Virus record (IMG/VR): IMGVR_UViG_3300044729_001198
Location: 122,632 to 186,631 of that record
Strand: one strand, 5' to 3'
Origin: a virus
DNA length: 64,000 nt
The notes below the pieces were generated by a model that did not search any database, was not told where the DNA came from, and saw only the letters and a program-made list of their open reading frames with translations. The translations under genes and the position numbers were made by a program. Numbering within the stretch: the stretch's first letter is position 1; each line of letters opens with the position of its first letter. Positions 10,345 through 19,683 of this stretch are shown here, piece after piece.

Positions 10345-10806
10345 TTATTGTATAAATGTTGCTTTTTTGTTGTTTCGTTCTAATACACGTTTAAAGTGAT
10401 TGAACTCACTTCTTGGAATTTCTCCAAAGTAAATAATCTTATCAGCATTCCAAACTATAGTGTCGTACTGATGTAATTTTTGTGTAGGATGAAATGGTTT
10501 TTCATAGTATTCATCGGTCATACCACTGTAAAGATTCATTGGAGTGTGTGCAGGATTGTATTCAATATACTTGATACCCATTTCCAAACTAAACTTTCTA
10601 ACGTGCTTTTCGATACCATTCTGATTACCCCTACTCATAATGATTAGGTCATCATTATATTTTTGTTTTAGTTTAAATAGCATTTCTTTTAGTTCACCAC
10701 GAGTTTCGTATTTCTCGCTACCAATTAGTGCTACCTTCATACCCTTATCTTTCTTGAATCTATAGTTAATCTTCACCTTTACGGATGTTTTTGGTTTTCT
10801 TATCAT
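10345..10806 (-). CDS. SLOG superfamily protein (DUF2493/YspA-like)
   Basis: KVALIGS, IMSRGNQNGIE, IVWNADKIIYF. Confidence 0.6.
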   Translation of the reverse strand: MIRKPKTSVKVKINYRFKKDKGMKVALIGSEKYETRGELKEMLFKLKQKYNDDLIIMSRGNQNGIEKHVRKFSLEMGIKYIEYNPAHTPMNLYSGMTDEYYEKPFHPTQKLHQYDTIVWNADKIIYFGEIPRSEFNHFKRVLERNNKKATFIQ

Positions 10807-11369
10807 TGAAACTTTTCTTTTAGTTTACGGTCCTCAATAACTTGCTTCAACATAACAACGTAGTTACCAGCCTCAGCGTAACTATTACCTAAATATCTAA
10901 AATAGTCGTCTTCACTACCGATACCCGATAGGAATCTACATTGGTAAAATGCGTAGTCATATACCGACTCTTCCCAAGAATCATAATATGCGTGATTGTT
11001 TTTAGTACCTTTTGCGGTATTAACACGAGACATTGCCTGTTTCATTCCAAACAAGTTATTGTTCTCTTTAAAGATGTGTGATTTGAAATCACCAGTTTCC
11101 AAAATAGATTGTGCCATTACAATATGTGGAAATTTAATCTTTAACTCCTTCATCAAACTCACCAACTCTTCTTCTTGAAATGGCTCGGAGTTCATGTTAA
11201 CAAGAACTACATTTTTTTCAAACCTTGATAAGTTTGTTATGTTCTGATACCTACCAATTAGGTATGAGGTTAAAGTAAGACCAGTCATCATTCCGAATAG
11301 AATGAGTGAGGGTTTTACCAACTTAACTCGTTTAAATTGTAGTCGTTTTTTGTCGTACTTGTAAATCAT
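10803..11369 (-). CDS. Glucosaminidase-family peptidoglycan hydrolase with N-terminal hydrophobic anchor
   Basis: AQSILETG, NNNLFGMK, YDSWEESVYDY, YAE motifs; hydrophobic LILFGMMTGLTLTSYLIG near the N-terminus. Confidence 0.8.
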   Translation of the reverse strand: MIYKYDKKRLQFKRVKLVKPSLILFGMMTGLTLTSYLIGRYQNITNLSRFEKNVVLVNMNSEPFQEEELVSLMKELKIKFPHIVMAQSILETGDFKSHIFKENNNLFGMKQAMSRVNTAKGTKNNHAYYDSWEESVYDYAFYQCRFLSGIGSEDDYFRYLGNSYAEAGNYVVMLKQVIEDRKLKEKFQ

Positions 11370-11385
11370 ATATTTGGTTTATTGA

Positions 11386-12333
11386 TTACGATTTTAACCT
11401 CTCTGCTTTTACACAAAGGTCGTGATTATCCTTGAATGGACAATATTTACAATTCTTATTCTTTTCACCAGCAGTTGCTTCAAACACACCATCAGTTCTA
11501 TATGAACCATCATCGTTAAAAGCACTCTTAACAAATGACTCAAAATTGTTACCGATTTGTTTGAGGGTCACACTGCCAGCAGCAGGTTCGAATTCTTGAA
11601 TTCGACTCTGAGCAAACATAACTTCTTCGTATAACTTACGTTTAAGAATGAAGTATTTTACTTGGATGTTCTCAATGGGATATCCGTATTGTTTGGAAAA
11701 GAACTTCTTGTATAAAACCAACTGAGCGGTTTTTGTTTTATCAGCTTTCTGATATTTGTTCCAACCATTTGTTGAGGTCTTGATGTCAAGGATTACCATG
11801 CGGTTCATAGTAACATCCTCAAATACCAAATCAAGGAATCCCTTCATCATTACATTTTCGTTGGTCTCGGTTGGATAATAAATCGGCAACTCAACACCTA
11901 CAAGTTTATAGTGACGTGTACTGAAATACTCACCACGTTTCTTTTGTAAGAAGTTTAGGATTTCCACACCATCTTGGTAGAACTCATTCATTTCTTCACG
12001 AGAGGTGAACTTGACACCATATATAGCCATAGCTTTTTTGTATTCTTTGGCCATATTGTCCCTCAACATGGTGTTCAAGTCCATCTCCTCTGCCTCTTTT
12101 ACACTATCGCTGTAGATAACCTTTAGCCAGTCTTGAACAACCTCGTGCATAGCAGTACCAAAAATCAAATGTATAGATGATTCATCTTTCTTATGACCAT
12201 CCATATACGTCAGTTTCCATTGTTTAGGACAATTAGCCCACATGGTGTATTGAGAGTAAGATACTTTAGAGTGTTCTTTCTTCTCTTCGTATGTTGGGAA
12301 ATTGAATATGTTGGAAACGACTGATTTTTTCAT
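11386..12333 (-). CDS. PD-(D/E)XK nuclease (RecB/Cas4-like exonuclease)
   Basis: SYSQ..CP, FGTAMHE, GFLDL, ILDIKTS, QLVLY, C-terminal CKYCPF...C. Confidence 0.85.
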   Translation of the reverse strand: MKKSVVSNIFNFPTYEEKKEHSKVSYSQYTMWANCPKQWKLTYMDGHKKDESSIHLIFGTAMHEVVQDWLKVIYSDSVKEAEEMDLNTMLRDNMAKEYKKAMAIYGVKFTSREEMNEFYQDGVEILNFLQKKRGEYFSTRHYKLVGVELPIYYPTETNENVMMKGFLDLVFEDVTMNRMVILDIKTSTNGWNKYQKADKTKTAQLVLYKKFFSKQYGYPIENIQVKYFILKRKLYEEVMFAQSRIQEFEPAAGSVTLKQIGNNFESFVKSAFNDDGSYRTDGVFEATAGEKNKNCKYCPFKDNHDLCVKAERLKS

Positions 12334-12338
12334 CTATA

Positions 12339-12370
12339 CAAATATAATAAATTTTTGGCAGACTGCCAAA
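12339..12370 (-). promoter_or_regulatory. Bacteroidota-type housekeeping promoter
   Basis: TTTG-N20-TATATTTG upstream of the nuclease. Confidence 0.75.
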
Positions 12371-12381
12371 CTTTTAGGGAA

Positions 12382-12795
12382 TTATTTTCCCCACTTACCT
12401 CTCTGAACGATTTGGGCGATAATACCATACACCGATAAATCTTCGTATGTGTCTTGGATAGACTCACCCACCTCATCCGGCTGTCCTAAAACAACCATTT
12501 GTTTTAATCTTTGAACCTTGTCATTGATTCTAAACCACAATCCGGTCAAAGACAATCTAACCTCATCTTGAGTTTGGAGTGCTGTACCAACCGAAATGTT
12601 ACCCGGTCCATAGTTTCTTTGTTTTTTACAAAATGTAATATACATCTCGTCCAAAATATTTTTAAACTCTTCAGTAGTTTGTGGATAGTTTTCTTCACAA
12701 TACGCAACAGCGCTTTGTTCTGGTCGTGATTCTGATGTGTAGGATTCGCCCTTCCACTCTACCTTTGTCGTTGCTTCTTTAATTACTTCAGCCAT
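12382..12795 (-). CDS. DUF1599 / nucleotide-modification-associated domain protein
   Basis: KKQRNYG, R..DK..RL, ESIQDT..DL..YGII pattern. Confidence 0.7.
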   Translation of the reverse strand: MAEVIKEATTKVEWKGESYTSESRPEQSAVAYCEENYPQTTEEFKNILDEMYITFCKKQRNYGPGNISVGTALQTQDEVRLSLTGLWFRINDKVQRLKQMVVLGQPDEVGESIQDTYEDLSVYGIIAQIVQRGKWGK

Positions 12796-13238
12796 TTTTG
12801 TATTTCTTCTTTTTTGATTCCGTATTTTTGTATGATTTCTATCACTTCCGATTGTGGTAAAATCTCAAGATAATCCATTACCTCACGAGATGATACATTA
12901 AAATGAGTACACAACCACTTAATGATGTTCTCATTCCATTTGTTATCATCTTTACCTTTAACGTATTTATCAAAGCTTTTTCTCTTTGGTAGAACATCTA
13001 AATAAAACTTGTAAACTTCACGAGTACCCATGTTACCAATGGTAAATTTCTGATACTCATTCACAAGCTCCAAGTAATCCATGTTCATGGATAGGAAGCG
13101 ATTCACCATAAACGGCGAAAATGACTTCCTATCCATTTCGGACAAGGATTCCCATGAAGTTTTTTGGTAGGTTAACCCACCCAAATGGTCGAATAGAGAT
13201 TTTGCCTTAATCGTGGCAGTATCACTTTTCTTCGCCAT
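12783..13238 (-). CDS. gp62: Clamp loader small subunit (T4 gp62-like)
   Basis: FSPFMVNRFLSM...YKFYLDVLPKRKSFDKYVK; position beside the RFC subunit; start set to MAKK. Confidence 0.7.
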   Translation of the reverse strand: MAKKSDTATIKAKSLFDHLGGLTYQKTSWESLSEMDRKSFSPFMVNRFLSMNMDYLELVNEYQKFTIGNMGTREVYKFYLDVLPKRKSFDKYVKGKDDNKWNENIIKWLCTHFNVSSREVMDYLEILPQSEVIEIIQKYGIKKEEIQKWLK

Positions 13239-13494
13239 TTTCGAATAGTTCTTTCGGTGTAAACTTTGGATGTACAGTACCACACTCATTACAAATTACA
13301 ACCGGAATTGGAAGCAATGACGCTTGACCGGTTGGTGATTGTAGTGCTGGGACTTCTTTGTACATAGTTACCTCACTAAAGAAGATACCTTCACAATTAG
13401 GACATTCAACTGTTTTTAGTTTGAATGGGTCTAACTGCATTTTCATTTGTTCGGGTTGCTTTTTACCCATTTCGATTACTTTACCTTTTGCCAT
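13222..13494 (-). CDS. Zinc-ribbon protein
   Basis: CPNC...CNEC. Confidence 0.6.
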   Translation of the reverse strand: MAKGKVIEMGKKQPEQMKMQLDPFKLKTVECPNCEGIFFSEVTMYKEVPALQSPTGQASLLPIPVVICNECGTVHPKFTPKELFENGEEK

Positions 13495-13495
13495 T

Positions 13496-14410
13496 TTAGA
13501 TACTTGTTATAATATTTAACATCATCGCCATCACGTTAATTTCTTTGTCTACTACCATTGAGTCTTTGTATTGACCATCTGCGATGTTTAGAATAGTCTG
13601 ACCCACTTTGTTGTTAGCGTATTCATCAACTCGGTCGTACAACAAACGATACAACGGAGTGAAATCTTTTACACCCGAATCTGCAATGATTTGACGTACA
13701 CTTACAAATTTAGATTTAGCATCACCATTACCTTGAAGAACCTTGACAACCTCTTCAGCATAATTCGCCTGAATTGTGGATTGTTTGTCGATTACTAACT
13801 TCTTGTTGATGACTTGTCGTTGAGCTGCGTTTAACACCCTACGAATGTCAGGATATCCACTATTAACAAGAACAGCAAGGTCCGACATTTCAAACTCAAC
13901 ACCTTCAGTTGTTAGAATATCATTCAATCGTTTTGCAACATCCTTTTTTGATGGTGGTGTAATAGCAAACGTTTGACAACGTGATTGAATTGGGTCGATG
14001 ATTTTTTCGACATAGTTACACGTCAAAATGAATCGGGTCGACTTACTAAAAGTTTCCATCAAATTACGGAGAGCTGCTTGAGCATTTGGTGTCAAGTAAT
14101 CAGACTCATCCAAAATAATGATTTTCCACTTTCTGAATCCCATTGATGAAGCGAACCCACGGATTTTGTCACGAACCGTGTCAACGTTGTTCTCATCAGA
14201 TGCGTTGATGTACATGACATCACAATCAATCTGATTTGTAATGATTTTAGCCAATGTGGTTTTACCCGTACCGGCTTGACCATACAACAGCAAATGTGGT
14301 ACGTCTTCGTTCTCAATGTAGATTTTTACTTTCTCAAGGATATGTTCGTTTCCGACATAACCTTCTAACGTATCGGGTCTATATTTTTCAACCCATAATG
14401 TATTACTCAT
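13496..14410 (-). CDS. gp44: Clamp loader AAA+ subunit (T4 gp44/RFC-like)
   Basis: WVEKYRP, GQAGTGKT, NASD, ILDESD, SRC; start at 14410 (ATGA overlap). Confidence 0.95.
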   Translation of the reverse strand: MSNTLWVEKYRPDTLEGYVGNEHILEKVKIYIENEDVPHLLLYGQAGTGKTTLAKIITNQIDCDVMYINASDENNVDTVRDKIRGFASSMGFRKWKIIILDESDYLTPNAQAALRNLMETFSKSTRFILTCNYVEKIIDPIQSRCQTFAITPPSKKDVAKRLNDILTTEGVEFEMSDLAVLVNSGYPDIRRVLNAAQRQVINKKLVIDKQSTIQANYAEEVVKVLQGNGDAKSKFVSVRQIIADSGVKDFTPLYRLLYDRVDEYANNKVGQTILNIADGQYKDSMVVDKEINVMAMMLNIITSI

Positions 14411-15597
14411 CTTCCTACTTCGTTTAAATACTTTTCTTTTGCGGCTTCCCAAGACATACCAATAATATCAAGGTAAAATAATGGTTCTGGTTTTATACGA
14501 CCCTCTTCGTGTAGTTTCTCATAACGAGATACTGCCTTCTTTTTCCACCAATTCATAGTGTATTCATCGCCTTTAGCAAATTTGTCTTTTAATACCAATT
14601 GGTCTTCGGTGATTTCATTTCGGAGAAACTCATTACCATTCTCATACATTTGAGCAAAGTATACACCCCTCTTAAATCCATGTTGATATTTAGAAGATTT
14701 GATACCAAGCTCCTTGAATATCATATTAATGATTTTTTGTTTTACTCCGGTAGCAGGTCCATCGACATTTGCCTTTTCAGCAGTTTGTCTTGCGTATTCT
14801 TCCGGCTGATTTTCCTTCATCCAATGATGCCATACTTCATATACCGAATCATCTGGTTTAGTAGCAACCTTACCTGCGGACTCACCAAGTGTTTTGAAGT
14901 GTGGGATGCCATTGTATTGTGAATGGATTCCATACAAAGATGTAGTACCGACAGCAATCAAAGTCTGACCATACTTTTCTTTCCAATACTTTCTTACGAT
15001 TGGTGATGTAGCCATACAAGCAATCAACTTACCACCCAAGAAGTTGTATCCCAATGGTTGGGTACATACAATAGTAGTAGCAATTGTTGTATGATTTAAT
15101 TTACCATCTTTGTATTTGTTGTCTTGAGTCCACCCAATATAAGCATCCCTTACACCCAAAGAGGTGACATCTGAACCTAACGAAATCATACCTAATACCT
15201 TACCACTAACTCGGTCTTTAACATAAATCTTGACATTACGACCGGGATTGGCTGAAAAAGCCATGGTGTGAATTAGTTTACGGATTTCAGTCCAACGAGT
15301 CGATTCTTTAGAATCATCAACAATCTCTACATAGGGTTCGAGTGCCATAACCTCTTTTATAGTTTGTTCTTTATTATAGATGTCAGTTGGCATCCACAAA
15401 GAATCAATATAAGTAGCCATAGCAGCCTTCCTCTTCATTGAGGATGGTAGGTCGGAATTCCACTCTTCCCATTTCTTGTAAAGAGTTTGTTCTTCAACAG
15501 ACATAGAAGAAAGGTAGTCCATATTATCTATGAACTTTTTCTTTTCAGCCGTGTAGTCGAACTCCGGTTTCGCTGGTTCAGTATCCCAAAAACTCAT
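14407..15597 (-). CDS. DUF4338/DruA-like protein (putative GNAT-like fold)
   Basis: NPGRNVK, GKVLGMISLGSD, RD.YIGW, PLGYNFLGGKLIA, TTSLYG..SQYN motifs recalled from DUF4338. Confidence 0.65.
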   Translation of the reverse strand: MSFWDTEPAKPEFDYTAEKKKFIDNMDYLSSMSVEEQTLYKKWEEWNSDLPSSMKRKAAMATYIDSLWMPTDIYNKEQTIKEVMALEPYVEIVDDSKESTRWTEIRKLIHTMAFSANPGRNVKIYVKDRVSGKVLGMISLGSDVTSLGVRDAYIGWTQDNKYKDGKLNHTTIATTIVCTQPLGYNFLGGKLIACMATSPIVRKYWKEKYGQTLIAVGTTSLYGIHSQYNGIPHFKTLGESAGKVATKPDDSVYEVWHHWMKENQPEEYARQTAEKANVDGPATGVKQKIINMIFKELGIKSSKYQHGFKRGVYFAQMYENGNEFLRNEITEDQLVLKDKFAKGDEYTMNWWKKKAVSRYEKLHEEGRIKPEPLFYLDIIGMSWEAAKEKYLNEVGR

Positions 15598-16292
15598 TAC
15601 TTAATCTCTACTAAATAGTAATTAGATTTAAACCCATCATGTTCGAATGCAACATGAGCAAGACCTTGAGACGAAATCTTCAAAGAAGATGCTTTTGCAC
15701 CTCGGTTAGCATTCAAGATTTCTTTAAGGTATTTAGCCGAGAATGAAATTGGTTCAACGTCAGATACACAAGTACACTCAACGTTGATGGAAATTCGGTT
15801 CGAGTTAATTTTAGAATATCCCAAAATAACCTCACCTTTGTTACCCTTACACTTAAATGTAAATGTGTCGGAGTCACTCAAAGCACCTTTTGATTTGATG
15901 AACTTACCAACGAACTCATCGTCAAGTGTAACGTTTGAACCAAACTCCGGAAGAGTTTTCAGTTCAGGAACTACAGGAATTACTGACAAGTCAGCCAACA
16001 TATAGTTTACAGACGTACCATTGTCTGAAAATACTAATGATGCCTCACCTTGTTCTACTTTGACGTTTGAATCCAAAACACCAAGAAGACCTTTTAGTTG
16101 TGAAGTCGTGTAAACACCAAACTCACCATTTGGAAATTCTTTCTCTTCAGTCTCAACACTACCCAATAGGGTTTTGTCATCGGAGATGAATCGAACAGAC
16201 ATTCCTTCATCAGTTGAGTTGATTTTTACGGATTCAACCTCACCACCCAAATTGTAACGGGCTACAAACCCTTCAAATGAACTTTTTTTCAT
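15597..16292 (-). CDS. gp45: Sliding clamp (T4 gp45-like)
   Basis: Size, FGVYTTSQL..LL, FSAKYLK motifs; next to the clamp loader. Confidence 0.75.
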   Translation of the reverse strand: MKKSSFEGFVARYNLGGEVESVKINSTDEGMSVRFISDDKTLLGSVETEEKEFPNGEFGVYTTSQLKGLLGVLDSNVKVEQGEASLVFSDNGTSVNYMLADLSVIPVVPELKTLPEFGSNVTLDDEFVGKFIKSKGALSDSDTFTFKCKGNKGEVILGYSKINSNRISINVECTCVSDVEPISFSAKYLKEILNANRGAKASSLKISSQGLAHVAFEHDGFKSNYYLVEIK

Positions 16293-16312
16293 GTTTTTAT
16301 TTTTTATTTAGA

Positions 16313-16344
16313 CAAATATACGAAATTATTTTGAATTATCCAAA
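16313..16344 (-). promoter_or_regulatory. Bacteroidota-type promoter
   Basis: TTTG-N20-TATATTTG upstream of the sliding clamp. Confidence 0.75.
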
Positions 16345-16947
16345 CCATTGGTGGATTTTTTGCTTTCTTTTTTTGAATCGGTAAATGTAAATGTTCTTTG
16401 TAAGGGTTTCCACATACTTAGCACTTCCATCATCCAATGCGTTTTTCAATTCAATAGCAACGGGCTTTAGTTTCCCATTGTGTTTGTTTCTTAAAGTTTT
16501 GTCGTGATACCTACGACCATTCCACATAATAACCCTTCCGGCTGAAGTTTCACCTACACATTCAAAGTTTGTAGCTTTATAAACCACACCTTCATGTCCA
16601 AATGTTTTATCAGCATATGAGATTATCATTTCTAAATCAGTATTTCGTTGTAACCACCGAAGCGTCCAACCTATGAAATAAGATTCAGTATTCTTTGGAG
16701 TATCATCAATACACACGAGTCGTTTTAACTCCAAAATCTTTGATGGATTGTTGGTGTACTTTTCAGCAACCCCAACCATACCCAACGACCCATACACCAT
16801 AGCACCAATCATAGTATCACCATCCATCAACTTAAAGCAATATGAAATGTGTAATCCATTCATATTTTTTGAATAGTGATGAGTTTCCACAAATTTTACA
16901 ATCTCACTCCGTGGACATAATTCTACTATGTAATTGGTTACACTCAT
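16336..16947 (-). CDS. Mom-like GNAT DNA-modification protein (copy 1)
   Basis: HYS, GAMVYG, LELKRL, NTESYFIG, ISYAD..GHEG.VYKATNF. Confidence 0.75.
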   Translation of the reverse strand: MSVTNYIVELCPRSEIVKFVETHHYSKNMNGLHISYCFKLMDGDTMIGAMVYGSLGMVGVAEKYTNNPSKILELKRLVCIDDTPKNTESYFIGWTLRWLQRNTDLEMIISYADKTFGHEGVVYKATNFECVGETSAGRVIMWNGRRYHDKTLRNKHNGKLKPVAIELKNALDDGSAKYVETLTKNIYIYRFKKRKQKIHQWFG

Positions 16948-17150
16948 TAATTTGTTCGATTGTTGAACTCGTCCTCCAACATTTCATTAATTTTTTCAAT
17001 GGTGTACGCATTTTGTAAAACTGAATCTAACACATCGTACGCGCCATCCTCCGAAATATCACCATATCGGTGGACATCATCGGTGTGCCAGAGATTATCT
17101 ACATAGTAACCATGTTCTTTTAATACTTGTTTTGCTTGTTCAATATTCAT
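16947..17150 (-). CDS. Hypothetical acidic protein
   Basis: Fills the gap between PolB and Mom1; likely start MNIEQ at 17150. Confidence 0.5.
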   Translation of the reverse strand: MNIEQAKQVLKEHGYYVDNLWHTDDVHRYGDISEDGAYDVLDSVLQNAYTIEKINEMLEDEFNNRTN

Positions 17151-17160
17151 ATCATTCAAA

Positions 17161-19683
17161 TTAAAATCCAAAAAATTGTGATGCTTTTTCAAGATTTGGG
17201 TTTGGTTTATCCCAACCCATAGCATCGTAGAAGTCGGTAATCTTGTTTTCCAACTCTTTTTCCCAAATCAAGTCCACATCGATGTGTTGACGAATCATGT
17301 CTTCAATTTGAGTTGGGTCGTTATGACCGGTGAAAGCCGTTGCCTCAATTCCAAGTGGGTTCTTTTTAAGATATACCCATTTGATTTTATCACCATCCTT
17401 CATAGGTTCATATTTGTAAGGAGCATCAAAGAATTTCAACAATCGATTGTACGTTATAGCAGCCTTAACGTGTGCTGGTGTACCTTTCTCAAACTCATTC
17501 AAAGAATATACGTTTCGCTTCTTGATATACTTTGACATATCTTTCACAGCAGAGTTCTTTGCGATATCCACGAAATTTTGGTCTGACATCTTGTCTTTGA
17601 ACTCAATAATCTTTGCGTCAATTTCTGATTTGTTAACACCTTTTAGGATATCCAACAACACAGTCTCCATTACCTTTTTAAAATATGTTGGGAATGATGA
17701 CCTACGAACATCCAATCCTTTTACATCCATCTTATCACACGGAACAGTATTGTCGTTGATAATCCATTGAGCATATCTTTTCTTTGATACCCAAAATCCA
17801 CCTTTTGCAATAGTTTCTTGTTTGATGTCAAATCGGTGAGAATTCACATTGAACAATTTTTTAGACATTGTGTCATAGACCTTGTTGATGTGTTCTTGAA
17901 CTTCTTTAGCTACCGACAAAATAGCGGGAACCATTTGTTCATCGGATGTGGGGTCAATATCTGGATTTCTGGCTTGAACCAATGGTAGTGCTTGATAAAA
18001 CACGGAGTCGGTATCGGTATACACGTTATAGTCTCCATCCTTACCAATGATTTTTGTGTAGTATTGGTTAGCTATCTTTTCAGTAGTCTTAATTACAGTT
18101 TGACCGGTGATAGTGGTAGCTTCAGCATTATCCACATCGTAGAATCTAAACGATGGTAATCCCAATACCCCATACAATGAGTTCAACATAATCTTTTGAA
18201 CTAACTGACGTTGGGAATAAAATTTGTAAAGGTCGGTCTTACCTTCCTTACCATATTGTTTTTCCAACTTTCGATACTCAACACGTTTATCAAACCACAC
18301 ATTTAAGATTTCAGGTATAACCCCAATCTTGTCTTGGGTGTATAAAACACCATTTGATGAAATTGAATAGTTAGATTCTTGGATTAGCTTTTGAAACTGT
18401 TCTTTATTCAAAGGTGGATATTGTGTACCATTTTCTTCGACAATTACATAAGACTCAATCATGTCTTTCATATAATCCTCTGAAGAGAATGATTTTAACT
18501 TACCAATCTTGGTTTCGGGGCTAACATTCAATGTCATAATGATAGATGGATATAGAGATGTCAAGTCCAAGTCATATACCCACTTGTAAAGACCAGGTTT
18601 TGGTTCTTTAACATAAGCACCTGTAAACTTTTCTTCACCATCAGTACCATCCTCATTTTTATCAGCTCTATGAGGTTTGTCAGGAGCAACACGGCCGCTC
18701 CTACGCAAGAACGTCAAGATAGCACCTTCTAACCATTTTGATGAGAATAAGAAATCTTCATAGAAAACGTGACCGGCGTGACAAATCGCTTGAGCAAGTT
18801 CAATGAACTGAAGTTTTTTATCCATGTCTACCACCAACTCAACGTCAACCAAGTTGTACTCAATGAATTTTTCAATGTCATCACGGAACAATTGGTCAAG
18901 ATTACCCTTGTATTCAATTTTACCACGACCCAATACGATATTAGCGATGGTGTCCAATCGATAGTTAGGGAATTCTTGGTAGGTAAAGTTTTTGTAGAGA
19001 GCCAAGTAGTCCAAACAACTCACCCCAGCAATGATATAACGATTACGATATTTGTTGTACCCAATCTTACCAATAGGCGATAGTTTGTTTGCCATTCGTT
19101 CACCCACAACATTCTTGAGTCGATTGTACAAATATGTAATATCAAAGTAGTCAATATTCCAACCCGTTACAATTGTTGGATTAATTTCTTGCCACTTGTT
19201 TAAGAATGATACCAATAGGTCTTCTTCAGTATCGAATGAACGAACCTCGGCTCCTTTAATACGTTTGTTAATATTACCACCCTTACTTACAACATATACA
19301 AAGTAATCGTTTGTAACCGAATCATGTCCTGCGATTGATGTAATCTCATTTTCAGCTTTATTGATATCTGGAAGACCAGAATTCATCTCAACCTCAATAT
19401 CGAATGTCAAGACTGTATGACCTGTAGATACTTCATCTGAATCGCCATACTCGTCAATCAAGAAACGAGTTACCTCGTTCACATCAGATTCGTATAGTTT
19501 TAGATTATCTTCTTTTTTCCAAAAGTTTATCTTTTTAAGACGCTCTCCGTGAATAGAAGTAAAAGCACCACTCCCATCTCTAACATAAGCATATCTACGG
19601 TACTTACTTGTAAAATAACCCTTTTTGTCATCCCAACAATGGATGATACTTTGTTCCTTATCATAGTATACATTTTGATACAT
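17161..19683 (-). CDS. gp43: Family B DNA polymerase (T4 gp43-like)
   Basis: Exo FDIE, GWNIDYFD, YNLVD; pol DLTSLYPS, K..LNSLYG, YTDTDS. Confidence 0.97.
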   Translation of the reverse strand: MYQNVYYDKEQSIIHCWDDKKGYFTSKYRRYAYVRDGSGAFTSIHGERLKKINFWKKEDNLKLYESDVNEVTRFLIDEYGDSDEVSTGHTVLTFDIEVEMNSGLPDINKAENEITSIAGHDSVTNDYFVYVVSKGGNINKRIKGAEVRSFDTEEDLLVSFLNKWQEINPTIVTGWNIDYFDITYLYNRLKNVVGERMANKLSPIGKIGYNKYRNRYIIAGVSCLDYLALYKNFTYQEFPNYRLDTIANIVLGRGKIEYKGNLDQLFRDDIEKFIEYNLVDVELVVDMDKKLQFIELAQAICHAGHVFYEDFLFSSKWLEGAILTFLRRSGRVAPDKPHRADKNEDGTDGEEKFTGAYVKEPKPGLYKWVYDLDLTSLYPSIIMTLNVSPETKIGKLKSFSSEDYMKDMIESYVIVEENGTQYPPLNKEQFQKLIQESNYSISSNGVLYTQDKIGVIPEILNVWFDKRVEYRKLEKQYGKEGKTDLYKFYSQRQLVQKIMLNSLYGVLGLPSFRFYDVDNAEATTITGQTVIKTTEKIANQYYTKIIGKDGDYNVYTDTDSVFYQALPLVQARNPDIDPTSDEQMVPAILSVAKEVQEHINKVYDTMSKKLFNVNSHRFDIKQETIAKGGFWVSKKRYAQWIINDNTVPCDKMDVKGLDVRRSSFPTYFKKVMETVLLDILKGVNKSEIDAKIIEFKDKMSDQNFVDIAKNSAVKDMSKYIKKRNVYSLNEFEKGTPAHVKAAITYNRLLKFFDAPYKYEPMKDGDKIKWVYLKKNPLGIEATAFTGHNDPTQIEDMIRQHIDVDLIWEKELENKITDFYDAMGWDKPNPNLEKASQFFGF

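Noticed and set aside
11386-12333. Cas4/CRISPR locus
   Set aside because: No repeat-spacer array or other cas genes seen; stand-alone nucleases of this type are common in phages.
13222-13494. Zn-ribbon as a Mu Com-like activator of mom
   Set aside because: Only the generic CxxC pairs match; it is not adjacent to any Mom gene and sits in the clamp-loader operon.
14407-15597. Complete Druantia defence system
   Set aside because: No DruB-E or large helicase partners; context is the replisome.
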